Below are positions 12,801 to 25,098 of a stretch of DNA of 64,000 nt, in pieces (the stretch's first letter is position 1; each line of letters begins with the position of its first letter). A program made the translations under genes and the position numbers. The notes below the pieces were generated by a model. It was not told the origin of the DNA. It saw only the letters and a list, made by a program, of their open reading frames with translations, and ran no database searches. This stretch comes from Carcharhinus longimanus (Eukaryota), in NCBI GenBank assembly GCA_030264375.1, contig JASCQW010000148.1, forward strand, positions 21,533,262-21,597,261, given 5' to 3'.

Positions 12801-13639
12801 CATGGAGGTTCTTCTTTCTTGGCACATCTGGAGGAGAAACAAATAAAAGGAAACTGCTGCAGAGCTGCACTTTTAGCTTTCAGTTTTTCATGTTTGATAA
12901 AAGAAGTTCATGATGTAGTTTGACAGTTAATAGGGGACACCGCTGATTGGAAAGGAAGAGAAGAAACTACTACATTTTCCTCGTCTCTCATTCCATCCCC
13001 AAGATCTGAAGAACATATTGCTCAAAGAGGGTGTATATTTGTTGGCCAAACAACCATATGAAAAGTTTCACCAGCTAAGGGGTGAAAATATCCATGTCTT
13101 CTCATTTTGAAGGTCTCTGCATTAGTGATAAAGCTACTTAGTCCAGAGATTCTATAGCTGTTCTGATGTTGGCTAAATTGGCTGGCACTTAGATGGTGTT
13201 GCTGTTGTCTTTAATGCAGTTTGATATTGATTTGGAGGCTTCAAACACAAGATCAAAACACAATAGAATTGGGGACAGATCAAGGCATTGATACATCATT
13301 TTACAAACACAGAAGATGATTGCCAACCTGTTCTTCAATACAGTGACTTCTTTCAAGTTGTGATTTTCTTATAATTTGGGAGGTTTTATCCACTGAAGGG
13401 AAATATCACATTATTGATGTACACATAATTTTAGGTTGCCACTTAGAAATAAAGAATATTCACTAAAACTGAACAGCTGTCTGTTTTCCATAGGAACACT
13501 GTCTCGAATTAATCTAGTGCTAAAGAAAAATCAATGAATTAAATAGTAGAGTGGACCATTTTTTGCAGAGGGTGGGAAAGGGGTCATGGAGTTGTCATTG
13601 CTGTTTGAGCCCCTTTTAAAAAGTTGTACCTTGTTCAGT

Positions 13640-14105
13640 CGGGCGTAACTGAGTTTTAAACAACAATGACAGACTTGACACTGAAAGATAAGTTAAATTC
13701 TTTGTATTTTTTTTTCGGCCTAACTTTCTTTTTTCCAAAAAATATTTTACCTTTCACCTTTTATTTTTACCCCATGTGTATGCCCCAAATTTAAATTTGT
13801 AAAAATTATTAAAAGCAGTTTCATTTTGATGCTTTCTGTTACCTTTTTTGTTTCCTGGAAGGGGGGGTTGTGGTGCGGTGCAGTGGTCTGTGAAAATCCT
13901 TTAATGTGATTGGCTGTTTAGAAAATCTGATGACATTACTGCAGGTCCATTGGTGAATGCCCAGTAAAGAGTGCAGCAGGTAGGTGGTTCACACCACGCT
14001 GGAACTGAAATTTTGACCAAAGCAATCACTTGATTTCTAAGTGAGACTTACTTTATGGTCAGTGTCAAACACCGTTATTTCATAGCTGACCGCGAAGCTT
14101 TGAGC
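13640..14105. repeat. Unclassified interspersed repeat with CCAAT core (related to 59830-60000 on the opposite strand and possibly 48460-48730)
   Basis: aatgtgattggctg...tgacattactg at ~13905-13942 matches the reverse complement of cagtaatgtcagcaagcagccaatcaaatt at ~59905-59935. Confidence 0.45.
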
Positions 14106-14241
14106 CAGTATGTTTTATTATAAAGTTGTACAGAACAAGACCACCAAGGACAGTTAGAATGTGTTTTACTCTCGCTGTGATTATCTTGTAGTATATTGTC
14201 CAACATGTGAATTTTTCTGTGCTGTCTGCATGGTGGTCATC

Positions 14242-14515
14242 TAAAGTTTATTTATTAGGCACAAGTAGGCTCACATTCAACTGCAGTGAAGTTACTGTGA
14301 AAATCCCCCAATCGCCACACTCCAGCACCTGTTCGGGTACACTGAGGGAGAATTTAGCATGGCCAATGCTCCCTACCAGCACGTCTTTCCGACTGTGGGA
14401 GGAAACCGGAACACCCGAGGAAAACCCATGCAGACACAGAGAACAGAGGCAGGAATCAAACCCAGGTCCCTGAAACTGAGGCAGTAGTGCTAATTGCTGT
14501 GCCACTGTGCCGCCC
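14242..14515 (-). mobile_element. tRNA-derived V-domain (HE1-like) SINE with non-CR1 tail
   Basis: Minus strand reads ggcggcacagtggcacagcaattagcactactgcctca, box B ggtttgattcc, V-type core, and tail ...ctaataaataaacttt. Confidence 0.85.
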
Positions 14516-14860
14516 TATCTGAAGTAGGTTGCATATTTTCATTATGCTATTGCCTTAATTTGGAAACCAATAGGTATTTTGATGTGCAGTTCGTTTAAAC
14601 ATTTAGAGCACTAGACTGTTAAATTGGCGCAATCTTAACTATATGTGGATCTATAGTAAATGAAGATGATTCCAAGGTTCTGAAGTCCAGTATATTGTTT
14701 AAAAGGTGAGAAAAGGATGGAGTTTATCCAAAGGAATTCAACATTGAGATGCAGTCAGACAGTAGCTTCTTTTTGTCACTGTTTTATATTCGTGTGAACT
14801 GAGGAAGCAGGAATTTGATTTCTGCAAGAGTCTGGTGATTGTGGGAGTTCAAAAAGACAC

Positions 14861-14998
14861 TGGCTGGAATTTTTTGGCTGTTTAGCCCCCACCACCACTG
14901 CAAGTGAGAGAGAAAAATTTAACACTCAGCCAAACCTCCGATCACTGCAGCAGCACCAGAAAATCCCACCATCGTGAATGGCCAGAAAATTTCCCCCC
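14861..14998. mobile_element. Short MITE-like element with imperfect TIRs
   Basis: ggctggaattttttggc ... gccagaaaatttccccc; similar termini at 48106-48232. Confidence 0.55.
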
Positions 14999-15109
14999 AA
15001 CTGTATTGGACACAGGAGGAAGGGAATGTACAAAATCCTTGTGATTTGTGGTGAGGAATATATATGGCCCACCATGGGAGCCCTGAGAGAATTCTCCGGT
15101 TCAAAGTAT

Positions 15110-16083
15110 TCAGTAAGCATAGGCAATGACACTTCCTCCGCAATTATTCTCAACACTAGTGCCCTGTAAGGATGTGTCCTCAGCCCCTCCTGTTCTTTTT
15201 ATACATCTGTGACCGTGTGGCCAAATTCCGCTCCAACTCCATTTTCAAGCTTGCTGATGACACCATCGTAGTGAGTTGGATCTCAAACAATGGTAAGAAG
15301 GAGTACAGGAAAAAGATAGAAAACCTGGTGAAGTGGAGTGATAATCTCTCCCACAATGTCAGTAAAATGAAGGAGATAGTCATCAACTTCAGGAAGCGTG
15401 GTGGAGGATATGCCCTAGTCTACATCAGTGAGAATGAAGTGGAAATAGTCAAGAGCTTCAAGTTTCTAGATGTTCAGATCCCCAAAAACCTGCCCTGGTC
15501 CCTTCACACTGATGCTATAGTTTAGGAAACCCCTCTACTTTCCCAGGAGGCTAGGGAAATTTGGCGCTTCTGATATGACTCTCACCACTTTTTACAGCCA
15601 CACCATAGAAAGCATCCTTTCCTGAGGTTTCATTGCTTGGTATGGCTCCTGTTCTGACCAAGACCGCAATAAACTACAAAGGATTGTGAACAAAGCCCAG
15701 TCTATCACGCAAACCAGCTTTCCATCCATTGACTCCATCTTCATTCCCCCCCGCCTTGGAAAAGCAGTAGCATGATCAAGAACCCCATGCACCCCAGATA
15801 TACTCTCCTCAACCACCTTCCATCAAGAAAAGGATACAAAAGTCTGAGATTATGTACGAACTGACTCGAACAGCTTCATCCCTGCTGCCATCAGACTTTT
15901 GAATGGACTTACCATATGTAAGGCTGATCTTTCCCTACAGCTTAGCTATGATTGTAACACAATATTCTGCACATCTCCTTCCTCCTCCCCTATGTACTCT
16001 ATGAATAGTATGTTTTGTCTGTATAGTGCTCAAGAAACAATACTTTTCACTATCCCAATACATATGCCAACAATAAAATCAAA
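15110..16083 (+). mobile_element. Rex1/Babar-type LINE, RT to 3' end
   Basis: ORF FKLADDTIVVSWISN...KMKEIVINFRK...VKSFKFL; tail caataaaatcaaa. Confidence 0.9.
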
Positions 16084-17004
16084 GAGGAATGAAGAATTCT
16101 TGCATCATACTCTCCACAATGTAGTGACTCAGGAGGCACAGCTGGATAGTTAATAACATTAGGATAATGTTAAGGAGAGAAGAGGGAATTAGTATGTGTT
16201 GGGACAACACGCCCCCGTCTCACTAGGATTGAATGGCCTGTTCCTCCATGACGGGATGGCCATCATGGCAATGGCTTCTGAATTGGCAGCTTCGAGTGAT
16301 ATCCCCTAAGTGGTCCCGCCCTGCCACTCACCAGCACAGGTTGGGAATCCATATTGGTTCTCGCAGCTGGACGCACTGAAAACCAGTAGAACTCGGCATG
16401 TCTTTTTTGGTACCTTGCTATGCAAATTATAGATATTGATTTTTTTTTTAGGAAGACAAAAATAGAGGGGGCTTGTATTGTTATCCCATACGGTCTACTC
16501 GGGATGTTCAAAAAGGAAAAACCATAGCTGTAACGAAGTAAAATACAATGTTATGTAACTGGCACATCGAATTATCAAGCAATTTCCAGAATCACGCTTT
16601 GCATACCTAGGATAACTGAAAAGGGCTATAGGACTGGTGATTTTCTAGCTTTCAAATATAAATTTGTCACATTAGTAGTTATATTCATGGGTTCTGCCTT
16701 GGTCTAAAGAGTTATAGTATCTAGCCTTGGTGTACTCACTGTAATAATTAAATGGACCCTTTTATTAAAAATAGCAATTCCTTTTTTTTAGAAAGCGCCT
16801 AGCCTGACCTGACAATCCAGTGCAGTACTAAGAAAGCACTGTACTGTCAGAGGTTATTATTATTGTCTGTCCCTTGCTAGGGAGGATGATTGTCTTCCAT
16901 GAGTACAACGGCTGATGAGGCTGATTCGGGATCTGCACACAATGGAACATTGGGCATTTGTTGTCATGTGGGATGTCTCTCCCTGTGTTATCAGTTGAGG
17001 TCAT

Positions 17005-17110
17005 GGAGTGACAGTACTGAGGAAGTGTTGCACTGTCAGAGGGTATCGCTTTGAGATGACATGTTAAAATGAGGATCAGTATGCCCTCCCAGGTGGATGC
17101 AAAAGATCAC
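17005..17110 (+). mobile_element. Deu-type SINE fragment
   Basis: cagtactgaggaagtgttgcactgtcagaggg...caggtggatgcaaaagatc; inverted relative to 17435-17540. Confidence 0.65.
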
Positions 17111-17199
17111 CTGAGGCTGTTTTCCCCATGCTGGAATTCACAGATTGTTAGTATTGAAACTTGTCTGCAGTAATATAAGGTGTTATTTACTGCAGAAAG

Positions 17200-17615
17200 A
17201 ACCTGCATTTATACTTCCCTTCTCACTATGTCTGAATGCAAAATTGCTTCACAGCTAACAACATTTTTTTTTAAGTGTAGCCACTTTGTAGGGAAACATA
17301 ACCATTTTATACATAAGAACTCACAAACAATAATGTGATGAGATAAGCGACCAAATAATCAATTTTGTTGACTTGGTTGAGGGGTGAATGTTGGCCAAGC
17401 CATAAAGAGAACACCCTTGCTCTTCAAGAAGTCTCATGGGACCTTTTGCATCCGCCTGAGAGATCATGCACATCCTTCGTTTAACATGTCACATCAAATC
17501 GTTCTTCTGACAGTGCAGAGCTTCCTCAGTACTGCACTGGGGCATCAGGCAAGATTGAAGTCAGGTGGATCTTTTGACTTGTAGGTGAGAATTCTCCCAC
17601 TGATCCTAAGCTGAT
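17200..17615 (-). mobile_element. Deu-type (SacSINE1-like) SINE, near full length, old
   Basis: L2-like tail (tgcatttata), central catgggaccttttgcatccgcctgagag and head cctcagtactgcactgg. Confidence 0.7.
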
Positions 17616-19347
17616 ACCTGTTAGACTTGAAGCTAAGTTTGTTAAAAAAAAACCTTTATTCTAATGTTTTATCAGGTTTAAGTAACTTTTAATTTGCTTA
17701 GCTACATTAACTCATTTGATTACAAAATACCCTGGAGCCTAGTGATGTGTTTACTCAATTGTCAGAGCTTTTGATTAACTTTTATGTAGCAAAGGAGATG
17801 CAGACAGTTCAGCCTTGACTTTTTTTTGATTACTTGAAAAGTGAAAATTTTCTCATTTTTCAGTCAATATGTTTCGAATTTTCTCCTGTATTCAGAAAGG
17901 GTGATGTGAGCAAAGAGAAAGAAAAGCAAGCTAAAAGTGCCTTAAGGCTTTAGAATGGATAAAATGGGGCACATTATGTTAAAATAGTAAAAATAGGATA
18001 GAAAATATTGGGGAAAGGGAAGACAGGACAAGTAAAGTAATTTTAGGTTTGTTTTATTGAAAATGATTTTGTGGGTTTTTTTGTAATTTTATCAAATGTA
18101 CTCTTAGCAATGGAGGACCTGGATTACATGAACGTTAATTTAGGCACCACAGAATGCAGGCTGAAAACAATTTATAAAAATGATTGACACAGTCATCTCA
18201 GAATGCTTAGGACACCGAAATTAAACCTTTTCCAGATTTTAATTGCGATTGATTTGTTAATGTTGTAGATAAAATACTTGAGGGTTGATTATACAAAATA
18301 TTAATCCAAGCAGTACATGTATGACTGCACATCAATTTCATTTAGGTCACTTATTCTAATAATAACAGCTTGCACACCTTTCCAATAAACACACTCCATC
18401 AAAGACAGAAAGATGTCTTGATGCTGCCAGGATTAAAAACAAACGTGAAAGCTGGAATAGCTAATATTTCAGGCAGATGCTACAACATATAGTTACAGGT
18501 CTAGACAGTGACATTAAATCTACTTGATTTTTAAATGATTACTTTCCTGAGTTCTGACAATTTTGAAACAGCATGGAACTGATTATCCAGGAACTGTCGA
18601 TTTGCACATAAACAGCATTGACTTGTGCACGTATTTATGCCGGAGTGTCTTTTAAAAGATAGCTGTCATAGGGTGTGCCCTTGAATTATCTGCTTTGGTT
18701 CAGCATTATACAAGTGATGGTCTCTTTGAAACAGTAATCCTATGGGACTTATTAAAACGGAATAAAGGAAGTTTGATGCCATACTCATATCCTGCACAGA
18801 TGTCAAATACAAAGTCCTCATATACTACACTTCAGTCAGTTTGCATTTTCATTAATACATTCAGCAGACATACCTCAGCATATGAACGTTGCAGCTGATT
18901 AAGCCCAAGGGCACTGACAACAGCTTTAGCAGCATCTTTTGTTTATACCATTTATTACAATTACAATCAAAAAGAGTTAGCACAATTGTAATTAAATATA
19001 TAAAGTCATGAGGATTCAATGTATTTTACACTAACATGCAGAAGCTATCAGGCAATGATCTGAATTCACACATTTGTGTCCTCAACAGATAAACAAACTG
19101 AATTGCAGATACCTTTGGATAAATGCCTCTGTGAGTCAGACAGAGCATTCTAGTGTCCCAAGCCACATCACGTTTGTGCTTTTGGATGGAATTCCTAATG
19201 GAAGCACACTTAAGTAAATATGTAATTTGGATATAAGTATATCTGGATTCAATGCTTCACACACCCAGTATTTCAGTGTGTGCCAATTTAACCAAGATGT
19301 CGCAGTGTATTTTAGAAAACAGCCTTAAATTTATTTCCAAAATGCAC

Positions 19348-19365
19348 TATATATATATATATATA
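19348..19365. repeat. (TA)9 microsatellite
   Basis: Seen directly. Confidence 0.95.
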
Positions 19366-19573
19366 GATGGGTGTATGACGTTACTCATCTTGATTGTGAT
19401 ATAAATCAGGACCAAGATATATTGAAGAGCACAGAGAACCAATTGTTAACTGCTATTTAGTAGTGGCGGGATTGTGGATAGCTATTGAGAGACATTCTTC
19501 TTCTCTTTGGATCAGAATAGTAATTTTTGTCCAATTACGAGGTTCTATTGGTAGAGTATGATGTAGTTTGAGC

Positions 19574-20265
19574 AGAAACATAGAAAATAGGTACAGGATC
19601 AGGCCTTTTGGCCCACCATTCAATATGATCATGGTCGATCATGCACTTTCAGTATCCCAGTCCCACTTTCTCTCCATACCCTTGATCCCTTTAGCCGCAA
19701 GGGCCATACCTAGCTCCCTCTTGAATATATCGAACGAACTGGCACCAACGAGTGAAGAAATTCTTCCTCATCGCAGTCCTGAGTGGCTTACCCCTTATTC
19801 TTAGACTGTGACCCCTAATGCTAGACTTCCCCAACATCAGAAACATTCTTCCCACATCTAGCTTCTCCAGTTCCATCAGGATTTTAGTCCATGAGATCCT
19901 CTCTCATTCTTCTCAATTCCAGTGAGTACAAGCGCAGCCAATCCAGTATTTCTTCATATGTCAGTCCTGCCATCCCGGAAATCAGTCTGATGAGTCTTTG
20001 CTGCGCTCTCTTAATAGCAAGAATGTCCTTCCTCAGACTGGGAGACCAAAATTGCACACAATATTCAAGGTGTGGCCTCACCAAGACCCTATATAATTGC
20101 AGCAAGACATCCTTACTCCTATGCTGAAATCCTCTTGCTATGAAGGCCAGTACGCCATTAGCTTTCCTCACCACCTGCTTACCTGCATGACAACTTTCAT
20201 TGACTGTTCCACCATGACAGCCAGGTCACGATGTACTTCCCCTTTTCCTAAACTGCCATCATTCA
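19574..20265 (-). mobile_element. CR1 LINE 3' portion
   Basis: Minus ORF KANGVLAFIARG...LYRVLVRPHLEYCVQFWSP; ttctatg tail. Confidence 0.93.
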
Positions 20266-21174
20266 GAGTTAGGTTCTAGATGTTGTGAGTTCAAATCCTA
20301 TTGTGGCAAATTGACAAATTGAATTCAGTAACATTTTCAGGAAAACGACTACAGAAGCTGTTGTACAGAATCTAAGTGGTTTGTGAATGTCCTTGTGAAT
20401 ATCACTGTTTTCAATATTCCAAGAACAAACATTTAAGAAAATTCAATTGTCATATCCAAAAGTCAAGATGTAACAATTTTGATCCTGTGTTCACCCAGTT
20501 AAAAGTATAAAAATCACTTTTGGAACTATCACTGACTTCAGATAATGAGCACAAATATTTGCTGAAACAATATATTCACTAACATGTAAATTATAGTGAT
20601 CAATTAGGAAATGCAAATTTCTGCACAATATATATTCTGGACAATGGAATTTCATGGACGAGAATTTTGATTGACTAGAAAACCAAAGGACAAATGCACA
20701 GTGTACCTGACATGTCACTTGTTTGCCAAGGATAGTCTGCTATTTAGCTTTCCACATTTGATTCTGGAGTTAACCTGTTGTCGTATAAGGATGTAAGCAA
20801 TGAGGGAACTTGGGAAAGGAAGAGAGAAAATATCTGACAACTTTTGCCAAAACTTAGCTACATTGAATTAAAATAAATAGTCTCTTCAATGATGAATCCA
20901 TAATGGATGCATGATACAGCCAACTAATTTACAAAGAAAACCACGCTATATCAAGCCGAGGTACAAATGGCACACTGACTCCACAAGTTCATTGTAGATG
21001 CAATTGAAAAGTGCATCCTCTCAATTTGATCAAGTTCAGCAAAACAACTCATTAATAACCACTCTGGAAATAATACTGCAGTTTAATTCTATACTTAAGT
21101 CAGAAATTATGTGCAAACTCATATTGGTAATAATACCCATATGAGTACTAAAGTACTCATATGAAGTACTCATA

Positions 21175-21475
21175 AAGAAGGGTAGGATAAACTATGAAGC
21201 TGGGCCAGCGCTTAATATAAAAAAGGATAGCAAGAGTTTTTATAAATACATAAAAAGGAAGAGGCTGGCTAGGGTGAACGTTGNNNNNNNNNNNNNNNNN
21301 NNNNNNNNNNNNNNNNNNNNNNNNNNNNNNNNNNNNNNNNNNNNNNNNNNNNNNNNNNNNNNNNNNNNNNNNNNNNNNNNNNNTGATCTTATTGAATGGC
21401 GGGGCAGGCTCGAAGGGCTAGATGGCCTACTCCTGCTCCTGTTTCTTATGTTCTTATGTTTCTTATGTTCTTATG
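21175..21475 (+). mobile_element. Young CR1 LINE, mostly hidden in a gap; TSD GTACTAAA (21145-21152 / 21475-21482)
   Basis: The 5' side encodes NIKKDSKSFYKYIKRKR (EN-RT linker); the 3' UTR and (ttcttatg)n tail follow the gap. Confidence 0.88.
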
Positions 21476-21574
21476 TACTAAATGTTGCTGTTTGTCCATA
21501 ATTCAAAAGGAAGAACTGCAATTCTAGGCAATCTGCAAGCACCAATGCATATTTATTGGTAATAATTTATAAGT

Positions 21575-21700
21575 TAGCACAGTAAAAGTGACAATGTAAG
21601 CTGTTGTCTTTGGTAAAAATCTAACTGATTCATTAATGTCTTTCATGAAAGGAAGCCTACTACCTCTACCTGTCAGTCTACATGTGATTCAATCCAGTAC
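21575..21700 (+). mobile_element. Old SINE central-domain fragment (same family as 41097-41465; another piece at ~20270-20395)
   Basis: ttcattaatgtctttcatgaaaggaagcctac...tctacatgtgatt. Confidence 0.5.
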
Positions 21701-21705
21701 TATAA

Positions 21706-22360
21706 GTGGAATTCTCCCATTTTGAGACTAACTCCCGTAGTGGGGTCAAAATGTGGAATGCCTCCCACTGCGGAGGCTGGTGGAAAAACATGCCAAATCA
21801 TCCAGTCCTGACCTCATTAATTATGCACACAGATGTTTTGTACCATATTCTGTCATGGGGCAGGGTTGGACAGCATATATAGTCTGCTAACATGTCTGAG
21901 TGCTATTTTGAAAATGCATCCAATATCACTGACCCACTCTTAAAGAAAGAAAGTCCACCATCTGAAAATTAAAATACATCTCTGAGAACACTCTGAGATC
22001 GAAGATGGACACCCTTAGAATGAACATGGATCTGCAGGAACATTCTGAGGCTAGAAAATAGATCCTGTCCAGGACACCAAATCTGGAAGGTACAGCTACA
22101 GATGCAGCCCTGACCCACTGCTGTGAAGTTCCAGGGTTGTGGGTGCTTTCATCCTAGGCTCTGGAGGCAGCCGCAGCCCCTGTTTAGGTGTGTCCCAACA
22201 TCTCCACACCACATTGTCCCAAATGCAGTTATGATTTCCCCCCAGCAGTGAGGAGAATCCGGTGTGGGGTGGGAGTCAGGCCTTCATCTGCGCTCCATTA
22301 ACAGTGAGCACCCACGCCTGCTGTCACACCCCTGGGAGGACTAGGATGAATTCCGACCAA
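21706..22360. mobile_element. Putative non-autonomous DNA transposon (GGAATT-type termini)
   Basis: gtggaattctccc ... gaattccgacc termini resemble the MITE ends at 14861 and 48106; GC-richer than the flanks. Confidence 0.35.
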
Positions 22361-22579
22361 TGTTATTTTCTTTCACGCCCTAAATGTGGGCAGTAAATAT
22401 TTTCTTAACTGTTGTCCACGTCCCAGAATGAATTTCTAAAAAATTAAGAACCACAGTAGATTCCGAGGACAAAATCCATTAGCTTCTTGAAGTGGAAGAC
22501 ACCAAGTAAGCCCTCAGAAGTGCAAATTAATCTGATCTCCAGCATAACATGTTTGGAGATGGCTGTACTTATTTAAAAG

Positions 22580-22873
22580 GGGCAACATGGTGGCACATTG
22601 GTTAGCACTGCTGCCTCACACGCCAGTTCAGTTCCCGGCTTGGGTCATTGTCTGTGTGGAGTCTGCATATTCTTTCCGTGTCTGCAAGGGTTTCCTCCTA
22701 CAGTCCAAAGATGTGCTGGTTAGGTGCATTGGCCATGCTAAATTGCCCCATAGCGTCTGGGAGATTAGGAGATTAAATACATGGGGTTACGGGGATAGGG
22801 CTTGGGTGAGATTGCTATTGGTGCAGACTTGAAGGACCAAATGACCTCCTTCTGTAGTGTAGGGATTCTATGA
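22580..22873 (+). mobile_element. HE1-type SINE (tRNA head, V domain, CR1/HER1 tail)
   Basis: ggcaacatggtggcacattggttagcactgctgcctcac head; tail gaccaaatgacctccttctgtagtgtagggattctatga. Confidence 0.9.
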
Positions 22874-23065
22874 AAATACCCTACCCAGGACTTAACTAAC
22901 CAGAACAGACCCAGTGGAAAAGTGGGGAAGGACCCAGAGAAAATGTAGGGAAGGGGAATCAGGGTGCAAAAGGCGGCAGCACGGTAAGGAAATTCAGTGG
23001 GCGGGTAAGGGAAATGGGAAGCAGTAGCTTTGACTGTGGAGGAACTCATTGCTCTTACATCCATT

Positions 23066-23280
23066 GAAAATGCTACAAACATTAGGTCAGGCAATATCAG
23101 TAAAGAGAACAAACATTCTGTGTGCAAATTCTTCTTCAGAACTTCCAATTCTAATAAGAAATATGTACACTTAACTCATAACGTTATTTGATCACTCATA
23201 CATGATGTCTGATCTGCTGAGTATTTCCAACATTTTCGCTTGTGTGTTAGATTTTCACCATCTTCAATAGTTTGGTTTTT
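23066..23280. mobile_element. Old Penelope-like terminal repeat pair in inverted arrangement
   Basis: gaaaatgct...aggtcaggcaatatc is inverted against gatgtctgatctgctgagtatttccaacattttc; same family as 39125-39409. Confidence 0.5.
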
Positions 23281-23401
23281 GGTCACTGTTATATCTGTCT
23301 GATTTTCAACCCCATCGGTCATGGGCGGCAGCACCAGTTTAGGACAGTTCAGAGCAATAATGTTTTTAGTGTGTTATGCTGCAAGTAATTGGGTTTACCA
23401 T

Positions 23402-23565
23402 TTAAGTTTATTCATTAAAATCACTAATAGGCTTACATTAACACTAACAAAGTTACTGTAAAAATCCCCTAGTCACCACACACTGACGCCTACTGAGGGA
23501 GAATGCACTACCTGCACATCTTTTGGATTATAGGCAAAAACCCACACAGACACAGGGAGAACGTG
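23402..23565 (-). mobile_element. Truncated V-SINE with non-CR1 tail
   Basis: aagtttattc...ggcttacattaacact...aaaatcccctagtcaccacac...cccacacagacacagggagaacgtg. Confidence 0.75.
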
Positions 23566-24082
23566 AATTGCGTAACTGTATTCTAATATTAGTCACCACA
23601 TTTAACAGAGAAGGAAAGGAAAGGGAAAGTATTTGGAAGAAAAATACAACCACACCTCTGATTATTTGAAATAAAGCTTGAACTGTGAATTGGATTTACT
23701 GTTATATACTCTTTTATGATGGAAAATTAAGTATATTTGAAGAGACCACCATTGATATTTGCTCAGTTTCTTGCAATGAATACTTTCTTTGTACAAATGT
23801 TAATGAGGCTGTTAAGAACATGTTCACCTGAAGTGCAGCTTTGTGCATTAGAGGTAATTAAACAACCCCAGAGCTAAATACAAGGCTAGGCAAGGTTAAG
23901 TGATGAATAATCTAATGCCTAGGTGCTAAGTACAATCTTTATGGAGTAGAACCTAAATGCCAGATGAATAAAAAGCACTATTTTTACAGTGGCAATTCTT
24001 TTGGATCCAGAAAACTATTACTACCATTGGAAGCAACAGAATGCATCTAGTTCTCAACTTAAAATGTTTCTTGAATTAAAAT

Positions 24083-25022
24083 AGAATTATAGAATAGTCA
24101 CAGCATGCAGGAAGTCCATTTGGTCCATTGTCATCTTGTTATCTCTCTGTAATAGCAGTTCATTTAGTCACACTTTCCCTACTTTCCCCAGTTGTCCAGT
24201 AAATGTTCTTGTGCATCTCTAGTTCCCTTTTGAAAGTCTCGATTATATCTGCCTTCACTGGACCTAGCGTGTATTCCAGATCTTAATCATTTGCTGTGTT
24301 AAAAAGTTTACTGTTATGTCGCCCTATGTCCTTTTGTTAAGTCACCTTAGATCAGAGTTCTTAGGTTCTTGATCCTTCTACTAATAGAAACAGTTTCTCC
24401 CTATCTGTCTGTTTAGACCTCTTATGATTTTGAACACTGCTTTCACGTGTTCTCCCAGTCATCCATTCTCCAAGGAGAACAATCCCAGCTTCAGCAATTT
24501 GTCCACAGAACTGCAATCCCTCGTTGCTGGAAATAATCAAGTCTTTACAGTACCTTCTCTAAAGCTTTCACGTTCTTGTAAACTGCAGTACTCAGAATTG
24601 AACATAATGCACAAATTGAAGCTGAAACATCATTTTATAAAATTTCATCATCATGTCCTTTTATATGTATGCCTCTATCTGTAAATCTCAGGTTCCATAT
24701 GCCTACTTTCGAATCCGTTTTCCAACTGCCCTGCTACATTCAACAATGTTTGCACCTATATCCCCAGGTTCCTCTGGCCCTGCACACCCTCTTTAGAACA
24801 GTGTCCTTTATTTTCTATTGTCTCTCCTCATTCTTTCTAGCAAAGTGGATTAGTGGATGCTCCTGTGCGTTAAATTTCATCAGACCTGCATCCACCCATT
24901 CAACCAGCCGATATCCTTTTAAAGTCTTTCATTATCCTCCTCAGTTCACAACAGTTCCAAGTTTAGTGTCATTGGCATATTTTAAAATTGTGCCCGGTGT
25001 AGCCAAGTCTAAGTCATTAATA
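24083..25022 (-). mobile_element. Old CR1 LINE (resumes at ~25950-26150), host of a nested cluster
   Basis: agaattatagaat tail, ctccaaggagaacaatcccagc (LGLFSLE antisense) and gtcattaata (INDLD antisense); aaactgactagcctatagtt (NYRxVSL antisense) in the downstream piece. Confidence 0.75.
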
Positions 25023-25098
25023 AAGAACAAAGAACAACCCAGCACGGGAAACAGGCCCTTCGGCTCAACAAGCCCGCGCCGCCACATCACCCTACACC
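25023..25098 (-). mobile_element. Young CR1 3' end running into a gap
   Basis: aagaacaaagaacaacccagcacgggaaacaggcccttcggc is a CR1 tail with CpGs intact. Confidence 0.75.

Noticed and set aside
16905-16940. CTGATGAG as a possible hammerhead core
   Set aside because: No stem II or GAAA box follows; the context looks like a short old LINE 3' fragment.
22580-22650. tRNA-like sequences with A/B boxes (also 52468, 54250, 41400 and 52385-52456)
   Set aside because: SINE heads or relics without a complete cloverleaf; not tRNA genes.
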